A stretch of 35,574 bases of DNA from a virus (lineage: Duplodnaviria > Heunggongvirae > Uroviricota > Caudoviricetes), in IMG/VR virus record IMGVR_UViG_2698536477_000007. The stretch is one strand, 5' to 3'. Every line of letters begins with the position of its first letter. The stretch's first letter is position 1. Below the pieces are notes generated by a model. That model did not search any database. It saw only the letters and a list, made by a program, of their open reading frames with translations, and was not told the origin of the DNA. Below, in pieces: positions 15,850 to 24,785 of the stretch. The translations under genes and the position numbers were made by a program.

Positions 15850-16536
15850 ATGACACCCTGCCAGCGGCACCGGGCGAAAATCCGCACACAGGAGGCACTC
15901 GAACGCCGGGAGGCGCTAACGGCCTCCCCGGTCAGCTTCCACCTGTTACGCGCGGAGCTTGATCGCGATGTGGCACGGCTGCGCAGTCTTCCGGTCCGCG
16001 AAGAGCGGCTGGCGTTCAAGCGCGACATTCTCCTGCCGCGCTGGCTGCCCGTCGCGGAGCGCTATATCGCTGACGGAAAGCGCCACGCCTGCCCGGTACT
16101 GGTGTACTGCATCATCTGGCTGTTCGACACGGGCGACCTGAGTCGCGCCCTTGACTGGGCAGACATTGCCATCAGTGAAGGCCAGGCAACACCGGACAAC
16201 TTCCGCAGCACCCTGCCCGCCTTCGTGGCAGACACGGTGCTGCAGTGGGCCACCGACAACAGCGAGGCCGGACACAGCATAGAGCCGTATTTTTCGCGCA
16301 CCTTCAGGAACGTCACCACCTCGTGGCGGCTGCATGAGGAAATCCGCGCGAAGTGGTTCAGATTTGCCGGGCTGTATCTTCTGCGCGACGAGGCGGGCAA
16401 ACCGAGAGCCACCGCGATTAATGATACTGCCGTACTGGAAAAGGCAGACGCATACCTGGCACAGGCGGCAGCACTGAGCCGTACCGCTGGCGTAAAAAGT
16501 ATCAGGGCACGCATCAGCGCCCTTAATGCAGCGTAA
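15850..16536 (+). CDS. M: Terminase small/endonuclease subunit, P2 gpM family
   Basis: ATG 15850; ...LPRWLPVAERYIADGK...LFDTGDLSRALDWADIAI... parallels P2 M ...LPFWLPWVNGVLELGK...RLDTGDIAGALEIARYAL... Confidence 0.85.
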   Translation: MTPCQRHRAKIRTQEALERREALTASPVSFHLLRAELDRDVARLRSLPVREERLAFKRDILLPRWLPVAERYIADGKRHACPVLVYCIIWLFDTGDLSRALDWADIAISEGQATPDNFRSTLPAFVADTVLQWATDNSEAGHSIEPYFSRTFRNVTTSWRLHEEIRAKWFRFAGLYLLRDEAGKPRATAINDTAVLEKADAYLAQAAALSRTAGVKSIRARISALNAA

Positions 16537-16643
16537 ACGACTACCCGCAGGGCCGGGCGGGCGCGGGAGGAGGCATCAGTGACGGAAACTGTATGGCCGT
16601 GGAATCCCGGACAGCCCGCCTTTTTATTCATATGAGGCACGTC

Positions 16644-17117
16644 ATGAGCGAACCGAGCTTCAGCGTCAGCGGTAAACCGCTGAAATCCACACCGCAGACG
16701 GTGACAAACGGCGAGCCGTTCTGGCCGGACCTTGATCTGGCTGAGCTTCAGGGGTCACGCACGCTTCCGGCTGATTTACCCGACGACACGGCGGCCATGG
16801 CGCTGCTTGCCGCAGTGGCCGAGGTGAACACCACGCTGGCGCCGGTTGTGGCGCACTGGAAGGCGCAGGGGCATGAACGCGCCGCAGACGTACCGGGGGC
16901 CAGGCTGGGCGATGAAACCCAGCTGGTCGCACAGTACAAAAAGGCCGTTTATGCCCGTGCCAAGGCCGATCTTATGGGCGAGTTCGCCACCATTGGTCGC
17001 CGTGAAACCTATCCGGGGCAGGAAAGCGAGGACACACGCGCCACCTTACTGGCTGAAGCCTCGCTGGTCATGCGTAACATGCTGGGGCACAGACGCGCGG
17101 GAGTGCACATCATATGA
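16644..17117 (+). CDS. L: Head completion/stabilisation protein, P2 gpL-like
   Basis: Position after M and size match P2 L; start 16644 (GAGG 6 nt upstream) or 16632. Confidence 0.7.
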   Translation: MSEPSFSVSGKPLKSTPQTVTNGEPFWPDLDLAELQGSRTLPADLPDDTAAMALLAAVAEVNTTLAPVVAHWKAQGHERAADVPGARLGDETQLVAQYKKAVYARAKADLMGEFATIGRRETYPGQESEDTRATLLAEASLVMRNMLGHRRAGVHII

Positions 17118-17587
17118 ACCAGCTGGAAAGCCTGACCGCCTTCATTACCGAAAATCTGCCGTCTGACGCCATGCAGTTCTTCATGAGCAGTCAGGAAGAC
17201 GCGCAACTTATCCGAAGTCAGAAGGCACTGGGTAACGACCAGATCCGCATGGGCGTGATGACGTACACCGGCGTGATTGCATGGGATAACTTCCCGTTCC
17301 GCAAATACTCACCGGGGCTGGTTTACGCGCTGGTCATGGCCTGGCTGGAAGAGCACGCGGACCCGCTGAGGGAGGAATTCCGCCCGGAGGATGTGAACGT
17401 CGACCCGCAGTTTAACGATGAGGACTCGTGCCTTCTCGATATCACGGTGGGACTGGCTGACCCGCTGATCATCCGGGTGCAGAAGGACGGCCCCGTTCCG
17501 TACAGGGGGAAACGCTGGACACTGGTTAACCCTGAAATCTGGACGGCGGAAACCATGGATCTGTTTGTCAGCAGGAGCCGCGAATGA
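17114..17587 (+). CDS. Putative tail completion protein (gpR-like), 157 aa
   Basis: ATGA overlap with L stop; size and position; family assignment tentative. Confidence 0.5.
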   Translation: MNQLESLTAFITENLPSDAMQFFMSSQEDAQLIRSQKALGNDQIRMGVMTYTGVIAWDNFPFRKYSPGLVYALVMAWLEEHADPLREEFRPEDVNVDPQFNDEDSCLLDITVGLADPLIIRVQKDGPVPYRGKRWTLVNPEIWTAETMDLFVSRSRE

Positions 17588-18294
17588 TAAGCGGCCAGCT
17601 GAACCCGCAGCAGCTGGCAGAAGCGCAGGCGATGCTTCAGTCGCTGGATCTGCCCCCGAAAAAACGCCGTCGCCTGTTATGGCGTATTGCCCGGCACGGC
17701 ATTATCGCCGCAGCCAGACGCCATCAGCGCGATCAGACCGCGCCGGACGGCACAGCATGGGCACCCCGGAAACGCGGCAAGGGGAAAATGTTCAGAAAGC
17801 TGCCGCGTCTTCTGGCGGTCCGTGAGATGCCCGGACAGGATGCCGTAAAGGTTTATTTCCGTAACGGCAATCACACCAGTGGCAGGAGCCGCATCAGTGC
17901 CGGTGCCGTGGGCTGGGTTCACCACAACGGCGCAGAAATCCGGGTCAGTGCTGACAGCTTCAGCGGTCAGGACCAGAGCGGGCAGACCGCCACCCGCCGA
18001 CAGGCAAAACGACTGCGGGAGCTGGGCTTTAAGGTACGTCAGAAGGGGCGCTGGCGGAAAGCATCCATGAAATACCTGTTAACGCTTTCGCGGGCGCAGG
18101 CCGGGTTGCTGATCACCGTTATGGAGGATCAGATTATCGCCGGACCACGTCAGCAGAAGGCCAGGACATGGACCATTACCCTTCCGTCGCGCGTCTTTCT
18201 GGGGGTAACAAACGAAGAGTTTTCACACATCCTGGCACGCCAGATGAACGCAATGGGCTACGGCCTGGACGTTGACGCACAGGATATCAGATAA
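17584..18294 (+). CDS. Putative virion morphogenesis / tail completion protein (gpS-like), 236 aa
   Basis: AGGAG ribosome-binding site; overlaps previous stop; basic protein in the tail-completion position. Confidence 0.5.
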   Translation: MISGQLNPQQLAEAQAMLQSLDLPPKKRRRLLWRIARHGIIAAARRHQRDQTAPDGTAWAPRKRGKGKMFRKLPRLLAVREMPGQDAVKVYFRNGNHTSGRSRISAGAVGWVHHNGAEIRVSADSFSGQDQSGQTATRRQAKRLRELGFKVRQKGRWRKASMKYLLTLSRAQAGLLITVMEDQIIAGPRQQKARTWTITLPSRVFLGVTNEEFSHILARQMNAMGYGLDVDAQDIR

Positions 18295-18305
18295 GGAGTC
18301 ACACC

Positions 18306-19451
18306 GTGAGCTGGCCGAATGTAACCGTAAGCCATCAGAACCGTTTCAACGGTGCCACCCGTGAAGTGGAGCGCACGCTGCTTTTTGTGGGCTATGGCAA
18401 AAAGAACACAGGTAACACCCTTTCCGTCTCCCCTGAGACCGACCTGGACGACGTGCTGGGACCGGATGAAAGCCTGCTTAAATCCACGCTTACCGCCGCA
18501 ATCGCCAACGGTGGCCAAAACTGGTTTGCCTATGTTCACGTTCTGTCTGAACCCAAACCCCCGACACCGGAGGGCGGCGACGCTAACGCCGCATGGGTGG
18601 ACGCGGTGAAAAAAGCGCAGACCATTGCTTCTGCCGAAGGCGTGGTGATTGCCATTGACATCACGGCTAAAGATGCCGTTAACCGCGCCACCGAAACCCG
18701 CGCCCTGCTTCAGTCCGCTTATGGCCGTTTTGTCTGGTTCATGCTGTGCGTGGCCGGACCGGGCAGGGATGAGGCATGGGCGGCATACGTCACCCGCATC
18801 AGTGCCATACAGGACGGCGTGGCAGCACCTGGCGTGATGGTGGTTCCCCGCTTATGGGGAAATGAGCCCGGCGTACTGGCGGGCCGTCTCTGTAATCCTT
18901 CTGTCACCGTTGCGGACAGCCCGGCACGCGTGGCAACCGGTGCTCTGGTGGCGATGGGTAACGATGAGATCCCGCAGGACGGCAAGAAACAGCCCCTTGA
19001 GCTGGCCACGCTACGCTCGCTGGAAGGCAAACGCTTCAGCGTGCCCATGTGGTATCACGATTTCGACGGGCTCTACTGGTCAGACGGACGCACCCTTGAT
19101 GTGGAGGGGGGCGATTACCAGGTCATCGAAAACGTGCGCGTGGTGGATAAGGTCTCCCGCCGTGTACGTCTGCGTGCCATTGCCCGCCTTGCGGATCGCG
19201 CGCTCAACAGCACACCGGGCAGCATTGCCGCCAGCCAGACATATTTCAGCCGCACGCTGCGTGAAATGGCGCTCGCCACAGAGATTAACGGCGTACCGTT
19301 CCCCGGCGAGGTTAAACCGCCACAGGACGGGGATATCACCATCGTCTGGACCAGCAGTACACACGTGCAGATTTACATTGTGGTACGCCCCTACGAGAGC
19401 GCAAAAGCCATTGGCGTAAGTATTGAACTCGACACAGCACTGGAGATCTGA
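18306..19451 (+). CDS. Tail sheath protein (non-P2-FI type), 381 aa
   Basis: GTG start with AAGGAG 8 nt upstream; large protein immediately preceding a tube-sized gene. Confidence 0.65.
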   Translation: MSWPNVTVSHQNRFNGATREVERTLLFVGYGKKNTGNTLSVSPETDLDDVLGPDESLLKSTLTAAIANGGQNWFAYVHVLSEPKPPTPEGGDANAAWVDAVKKAQTIASAEGVVIAIDITAKDAVNRATETRALLQSAYGRFVWFMLCVAGPGRDEAWAAYVTRISAIQDGVAAPGVMVVPRLWGNEPGVLAGRLCNPSVTVADSPARVATGALVAMGNDEIPQDGKKQPLELATLRSLEGKRFSVPMWYHDFDGLYWSDGRTLDVEGGDYQVIENVRVVDKVSRRVRLRAIARLADRALNSTPGSIAASQTYFSRTLREMALATEINGVPFPGEVKPPQDGDITIVWTSSTHVQIYIVVRPYESAKAIGVSIELDTALEI

Positions 19452-19452
19452 C

Positions 19453-19914
19453 ATGGCCGGAAATGAACGTATCAGCGGCGGCGCGTTTGATATCAACTAC
19501 GACGGGATCATGATCCACGTGGAAAGCGCCACCGTCACCATCACCGACAACAGCGCCGTGGCACAGACGCGCGGTGTGCCGAACGGCTACACCCGTGGTT
19601 CTGTTTCTGCCGATGTGGAGGTGGAAGTCGACGCGCAGAACTTTAAAAAGTTTGGTGCTGTGGCCCGCTCTGCGGGGTCGTGGCGTGCCATTCCTGAAAA
19701 GGATTTTCTCTTTTATGCCAACAACGGCAGCGAGGAGGAAAAAATCGAGGTATTCGGCTGCGTCCCCATGTTGTCGGACGTGGTGAACATCAGCGCAGGC
19801 GAAGCCGGAAAGACCACGAAAAAAATCAAGTTCATGGTCACAAGCCCGGACTTTATCAACATTGACGGCGTGCCCTACCTGTCAGCCCGTGACACCCGCG
19901 ATCTGAAGGGGTGA
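19453..19914 (+). CDS. Tail tube protein, 153 aa
   Basis: ATG 19453 two nt after sheath stop; size and position typical of a contractile-tail tube protein. Confidence 0.6.
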   Translation: MAGNERISGGAFDINYDGIMIHVESATVTITDNSAVAQTRGVPNGYTRGSVSADVEVEVDAQNFKKFGAVARSAGSWRAIPEKDFLFYANNGSEEEKIEVFGCVPMLSDVVNISAGEAGKTTKKIKFMVTSPDFINIDGVPYLSARDTRDLKG

Positions 19915-19918
19915 TGCC

Positions 19919-20224
19919 ATGCCGGACGGTCAGACTTCACTCCTGGCAAAACTGATTATCATCGGTGCTGCCATCGGGCTGGGGCGTCTCATGGTGAGCC
20001 GCGATCGCATCACAGCCCGTCTGCTTATCGGGCGAATGATTATGGGCTCTGCCGTGGCACCGGTTGCCGCCATTCCGCTGTTTAAATTTCCGGACATGCC
20101 GGAGCTGGTTGTGGTCGGTCTGGCGTGCGCGCTGGGCATTATGGGCAGCGCCTTTATTGAAGAATGCTTTTGCCGTCTGGCAGACCGCTACCTGAAGCAG
20201 AAGGAACGCAGAAATGACCCATAA
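19919..20224 (+). CDS. Putative holin, three transmembrane helices, 101 aa
   Basis: Three hydrophobic segments and a charged C-terminus (RLADRYLKQKERRNDP); in same operon as endolysin and spanins. Confidence 0.5.
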   Translation: MPDGQTSLLAKLIIIGAAIGLGRLMVSRDRITARLLIGRMIMGSAVAPVAAIPLFKFPDMPELVVVGLACALGIMGSAFIEECFCRLADRYLKQKERRNDP

Positions 20225-20966
20225 GCCTTACATTTCGCCTTCCCTGAGCCTGTATCACGCGCAGGCGCATGACGTTCTGCGGATGCTGCCGGAAAACAGT
20301 GTGGACGCGCTCATCACAGACCCGCCATACAGTTCAGGTGCCACACACAAGGCGGGGCGGACATGCCAGGGCAGCCACGCCAAATACATCAACGATGAAG
20401 ATCTTCACCGCTTTGAAGGCTTCGAAGGCGAGAACATGGACGCCCGTTCATGGGAATACTGGACGCATCTGTGGATGACACAGGCATGGCGCACGGTACG
20501 ACCCGGTGGTTACGCCCTGGTCTTCACCGACTGGCGGCAGTTGCCCGCGCTGACGGACGCATTCCAGGCCGCCGGCTTTACCTGGCGGGGGATCGTGGCA
20601 TGGAACAAGGGACGGGCCTCAAGAACACCGCATACCGGTTATTTTCGTCACCAGTGCGAATATGTGGTCTGGGGCAGTAAAGGCGCGCTGGGCAAATCCC
20701 CTTCCGGGCCGTTCGACGGCTGCACCACGCACCACACACGCCCACAGGAGAAACAGCACCCGACAGGTAAACCGGAATCGTTGATGGATGAGCTTGTGCG
20801 CGTGTGTGAACCCGGAGGGCTGATCCTCGATCCGTTTATGGGGTCCGGCACCACGGGCGTGGCCGCCCTTCGCCGGGGCTGCCGTTTTACGGGTATTGAA
20901 CTGAACGCCCACTATTTCAGCGTGGCACAGGCGCGCCTTACGGGGACGGAACAGAGGAGTGACTGA
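20214..20966 (+). CDS. Orphan beta-class DNA amino-methyltransferase (N6-adenine or N4-cytosine)
   Basis: Motif IV DPPY (ALITDPPYSSG) near the N-terminus and motif I LILDPFMGSGTTGVAA near the C-terminus, the beta-class order; no restriction endonuclease gene adjacent. Confidence 0.85.
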   Translation: MTHKPYISPSLSLYHAQAHDVLRMLPENSVDALITDPPYSSGATHKAGRTCQGSHAKYINDEDLHRFEGFEGENMDARSWEYWTHLWMTQAWRTVRPGGYALVFTDWRQLPALTDAFQAAGFTWRGIVAWNKGRASRTPHTGYFRHQCEYVVWGSKGALGKSPSGPFDGCTTHHTRPQEKQHPTGKPESLMDELVRVCEPGGLILDPFMGSGTTGVAALRRGCRFTGIELNAHYFSVAQARLTGTEQRSD

Positions 20967-21304
20967 TGAAACTGAGCGAAAAACAACAGCTGTTTGCCGT
21001 CATGATTGCCGACCTTATTCACTGGGCGCAGGAGCACGGCTATCGCCTGACCTTCGGTGAGGCATACCGCACGCCGGAGCAGGCAGCACTAAATGCGAAA
21101 ACCGGAAAAGGCATCCGCAACAGCCTTCACACCCTGCGCCTCGCGGTGGACTTCAACCTGTTTATTAACGGCGAATACCAGACCGACACCGACGCCTACA
21201 GGCCGCTGGGGGAATACTGGGAATCCATCGGCGGCACATGGGGCGGGCGCTTCAGTCGGGCGGACGGCAATCATTTCAGCCTTGAGCACAACGGGATGAA
21301 ATGA
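20966..21304 (+). CDS. Endolysin, peptidase M15 (Zn-dependent peptidoglycan peptidase) family
   Basis: 112 aa; H-x6-D motif (SLHTLRLAVDF) and downstream DGNHFSLEH histidines as in M15 peptidases; ATGA overlap with methyltransferase stop. Confidence 0.8.
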   Translation: MKLSEKQQLFAVMIADLIHWAQEHGYRLTFGEAYRTPEQAALNAKTGKGIRNSLHTLRLAVDFNLFINGEYQTDTDAYRPLGEYWESIGGTWGGRFSRADGNHFSLEHNGMK

Positions 21305-21687
21305 TGAAACAGCTGGCGGGCTGCCTGGTGCTCCTCTTTGCCGCCATGTGGGCGGGCTGGCTGGCCCATGACTGGCATGACGCCAGGGTGGCGCTTGCCG
21401 AACAGGAAGCCATGGAAGCCACGCGACGTGCGGTGACAGAAGCCGGGCAGCAGTCCGCCCGCATACTGGAAAAACGGCTGGAGGCGTTAAAGGGCAATGA
21501 AATTCACACTGAACGCGTTATTCACACGGAAACCGTCCGCCCGGTATTCCGCAATGTGTGCGCTACTGATGATTACGTCCGGCTGTTCAACGCCCGTGCT
21601 GAAGCCGCTGAGCGTACCCTGGCAGGAAAACCAGCTGACGGAATGCCCGAAGACACTGCCGAGACTGGCAGGCCCGACGGGCGCTGA
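21301..21687 (+). CDS. i-spanin (Rz-like)
   Basis: N-terminal transmembrane helix (LAGCLVLLFAAMWAGWLA) followed by charged coiled-coil-like region; directly downstream of endolysin. Confidence 0.7.
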   Translation: MMKQLAGCLVLLFAAMWAGWLAHDWHDARVALAEQEAMEATRRAVTEAGQQSARILEKRLEALKGNEIHTERVIHTETVRPVFRNVCATDDYVRLFNARAEAAERTLAGKPADGMPEDTAETGRPDGR

Positions 21688-21790
21688 TTTTGATGCGGCA
21701 CTGCGAACCCTCACGAGCCGCTACACCGAATGTGCCGCCAGGCATAACAGCCTGGTGGAAACCATACGAAACACGGAGAAACTGCAATGA
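21497..21790 (+). CDS. o-spanin (Rz1-like outer-membrane lipoprotein), +1 frame overlapping i-spanin
   Basis: Lipobox MITSGC followed by Pro-rich mature region; overlaps 3' end of i-spanin and extends past it; start 21497 or internal 21554. Confidence 0.65.
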   Translation: MKFTLNALFTRKPSARYSAMCALLMITSGCSTPVLKPLSVPWQENQLTECPKTLPRLAGPTGADFDAALRTLTSRYTECAARHNSLVETIRNTEKLQ

Positions 21791-22062
21791 CCACGAAGAA
21801 CACCGGCACCATCATCCTGTCCGTTGCGGGCGTAACCCTGAGCTTTGAACCGAACAAAACGGCATTTAACAACCTCATCAACGAAATCACGATGACCAAC
21901 AAGGTGGCGCCGATGAGCACCTATCTTAACCGCATCGTGACGCCTGCCAGCCGCGACGCACTGGCTGACCTGATTGCGCGTTATCCGGGCTGTGAGATGC
22001 AGATCGTCGAGAAGATTAACGAGGTTTACTCCCCGAAACTGGAGATTGAGTTAAAAAACTGA
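21787..22062 (+). CDS. Tail assembly chaperone (short product, P2 E-like role)
   Basis: 91-aa ORF immediately upstream of tape measure gene, ends at slippery heptamer. Confidence 0.7.
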   Translation: MTTKNTGTIILSVAGVTLSFEPNKTAFNNLINEITMTNKVAPMSTYLNRIVTPASRDALADLIARYPGCEMQIVEKINEVYSPKLEIELKN

Positions 22063-22250
22063 CCGCGCGGGTCGAAAGCATCCGCCGCAATCCCCTTGAG
22101 CAGTATCTGGCATTGCGGCGTCACTACCTCCCCGGAGAGCCGGACGACGAAGAGAGCATCGCCCGGGCCATCTGGCTGGATGAATATTTTGCCCGTACCC
22201 GCGCCAACAAGACCGCTGAAGGTATAGCGATCGCATTTAACGGAAGGTGA
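21787..22250 (+). other. Tail assembly chaperone long form made by programmed -1 ribosomal frameshift at A AAA AAC (22053-22059)
   Basis: Zero-frame codons tta-aaa-aac-tga; -1 frame is open from the slip site for 63 codons to TGA 22248-22250, has no start codon and is closed just upstream by TGA 22047-22049; ends 1 nt before tape measure ATG. Confidence 0.65.
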
Positions 22251-22251
22251 C

Positions 22252-24438
22252 ATGGCCAGCCAGCTGGATTTCATTATCAATCTGACAGACCAGCTTACCC
22301 GCCCGCTGCGGCAGGTTCAGGAATCCGTGACGGGATTCGCCGAACGCTCGCAGGGCGCGTTCGCGCGTATCGGTGTGGGTGTGGCCGGACTGTGGGGTGT
22401 GGCTGAAGGTATCCGCGCCGCAATGGATCCGGCGTGGGAGATGCAGAAGGCGCTGAGCGAGCTTGAGGCCAAAGGCGTCGGAGCGCAGGCGCTGACCGCC
22501 CTCACCACGCAGGCCATGAAACTGGGGACCGCATTCGGTCAGTCTTCCACGGAGATCATCCGTTCCGCATGGCATATTCGCGGCGCACTGGACGGGCTGA
22601 GCGACGGGGATTTACCCCGTGTGACGGCAGCAACCAGTACCCTGGCCGTGGCTGCCCGCGTCAGCAGTGAAGAGGCGAGTACTTACCTTGCCGCCATGGG
22701 TGCCCGTTTCCGCAGTGAGTTTTCTGCCATGGGTGCCGTGGGTTTTGCTGAAGATCTGGCTGGTAAAACCGCGTGGATGGTTCAGCAGTTCGGCGTGGAA
22801 ATGAGCACCATGCAGGAGCTTATTGAGGGCACCAAAAACGCTGGCGCGGATTTTGGCGTCAGCATGGCAGAGCAGTTTGCCATACTGGGCACCCTGTCAC
22901 GGACCATGGGCACCGAGGCATCAGGCATCTATGAGGAGTTCCTGCGCAGTGCCCCCGCTGCCGCACAAAAAATGGGGATGAGTTTCGTCGATGCCACCGG
23001 GAAGATTTTACCCATGGGTGACATCCTCGACCGTCTGCAGGCGAGGTTCGGCAGGAACATTGAGGGTAACGTGGCGGCACAACAGGCGCTGGATGACGCC
23101 TTCGGCAGTGGCGCGGACGTGATTAAAAAACTCTGGGGACAGCAGGAAATGCTTAACCGGAGCATATCAGCGCTGGGGCGTAATGACGGCATGAAGCGTG
23201 CCACGGAAATGGCGGAAGCCATGACCGACCCGTGGGACCGCCTTGTGGCCTCCTTCTACAACATCCGGGCCGCCATCGGTAACGCCCTCTACCCCATTCT
23301 CGCACCACTGGCTGGCCGTTTTGCCGATATCGGCGCGACGTTCGTGCGCTGGCTGAACATGTTCCCGAACATCGCCCGCTGGCTGGGTTACATCACGCTG
23401 ACCATGCTGGCGCTGGGCGCAGCCGGTGCGGTCACGAACATCGTGCTGGGTGTGTTCAGCTTCATCATGGAAGGCCATAAGGCCATCATAAAGGGCGCCA
23501 GGGCCGCCTGGAGTCTGTACACGCTTGCACTCACAAAAGTACGCAGCGTCATCATTGCCACCAGTCTTGCCGCGCGTCTGGCGGGCGTGTCGTTTCTGAC
23601 CATGAGCGCCCCGGTCCTCCTGGTTGCCGCCGCCATCGCCGCTCTGGTGGTGGTGGCCATTAAGTTCTGGCAGCCCGTCAAAGCCTTTATTCGCGGCTTT
23701 ATTGATGGTTTTACCGGCGCACTGGACGCCATGAGCCCGGTGACTGCCGCGTTCGGCGACATTGCCCGTGCGCTGACCCCGGTATGGCAGGGCATAAAAA
23801 CCCTGTTCGGTGCCTTCTCCGATCTGTTTGCACCGGTACAGCTGACCACGGGACAGATGAACAGCGTCACCCGTGCCGGAGAAACATGCGGTCGCGTGGT
23901 GGCCGCAGCGGTAAGCCTGATATCCCCCGCGCTGGAGGTGGTTATCAGCGTGATCAGAACCCTGGTCGACATCTTCGCCATCGTCATCAGAGGGTGGCAG
24001 GACGTGGTGGCTGCATTTGACCCGACTGCCCCGGTCGAATCCTTCCGGAAAATGGCGGGGATCATCGGTAACGTCTTCGGGGACTTATGGAACGTCATTA
24101 AAAACTCGTTTAACCGGACGTGGAACTGGCTTGCGGAAAAGCTGAACAAAATCCCTGGTATCAGTATCGACATGAAGCCCACGGAGCAGGTGAACACCAT
24201 GACGCGGGGCGCAACAGGCAGCACCGTACCTCCGCAGATTGCAGAAACCGCCGTCCCGACACTGGCAGGCAACCGCATCAGCGCAGAGCTGCCACCCGGA
24301 GGCATACGCAACCAGATACGCACGGACACCTCAACCCGTATCGACAACAGCCGGACGTTCGGCAATCTGACAATCAACACGCAGAACCCGATGACGCCGG
24401 GGCAACTGGATGAATGGACGGAGCTTTACGCGGGATGA
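22252..24438 (+). CDS. Tail tape measure protein
   Basis: 728 aa, Ala/Gly-rich with hydrophobic central segment; follows the frameshifted chaperone pair. Confidence 0.85.
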   Translation: MASQLDFIINLTDQLTRPLRQVQESVTGFAERSQGAFARIGVGVAGLWGVAEGIRAAMDPAWEMQKALSELEAKGVGAQALTALTTQAMKLGTAFGQSSTEIIRSAWHIRGALDGLSDGDLPRVTAATSTLAVAARVSSEEASTYLAAMGARFRSEFSAMGAVGFAEDLAGKTAWMVQQFGVEMSTMQELIEGTKNAGADFGVSMAEQFAILGTLSRTMGTEASGIYEEFLRSAPAAAQKMGMSFVDATGKILPMGDILDRLQARFGRNIEGNVAAQQALDDAFGSGADVIKKLWGQQEMLNRSISALGRNDGMKRATEMAEAMTDPWDRLVASFYNIRAAIGNALYPILAPLAGRFADIGATFVRWLNMFPNIARWLGYITLTMLALGAAGAVTNIVLGVFSFIMEGHKAIIKGARAAWSLYTLALTKVRSVIIATSLAARLAGVSFLTMSAPVLLVAAAIAALVVVAIKFWQPVKAFIRGFIDGFTGALDAMSPVTAAFGDIARALTPVWQGIKTLFGAFSDLFAPVQLTTGQMNSVTRAGETCGRVVAAAVSLISPALEVVISVIRTLVDIFAIVIRGWQDVVAAFDPTAPVESFRKMAGIIGNVFGDLWNVIKNSFNRTWNWLAEKLNKIPGISIDMKPTEQVNTMTRGATGSTVPPQIAETAVPTLAGNRISAELPPGGIRNQIRTDTSTRIDNSRTFGNLTINTQNPMTPGQLDEWTELYAG

Positions 24439-24785
24439 ACACGCCATCGCTTTACATCGACCTGCTTATCACTGACGGCAGTTTTACGCTGAACAGCGGC
24501 AACGAGCCACAGCGATGTGATAACCGGGTCAGCATCGGCCAGGACGTGGTGCACAGCATTATCGAAAGCGGGATCGCCGCCCTGCTTATCGGCGAACGCA
24601 GCCCGACTCTGCGCAGCGACATCATTACCCGGCTTATCCTCCTGGTTGAGGATGATGAACGGCTGGTTCCGGGGACGGTGTTCATTAACGAAGAGGCACC
24701 GGGCAGGCTGCATGTGACGGCAGAGACACAGGATTTTGGACGCATAAACACCAGGGTGAACTATGAAAGGGAAACCGGACGTTGA
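24435..24785 (+). CDS. Baseplate wedge protein, gpW/gp25-like
   Basis: About 116 aa; ATGA overlap with tape measure stop; ...SIIESGIAALLIGERSPTLRSDI... resembles the gp25-like GER motif. Confidence 0.55.
   Translation: MNTPSLYIDLLITDGSFTLNSGNEPQRCDNRVSIGQDVVHSIIESGIAALLIGERSPTLRSDIITRLILLVEDDERLVPGTVFINEEAPGRLHVTAETQDFGRINTRVNYERETGR

Noticed and set aside
14969-15898. 309-aa minus-strand ORF
   Set aside because: Antisense to the major capsid gene, whose identity is strongly supported.
23388-24380. 330-aa minus-strand ORF
   Set aside because: Antisense to the tape measure gene; no start context; composition artefact.
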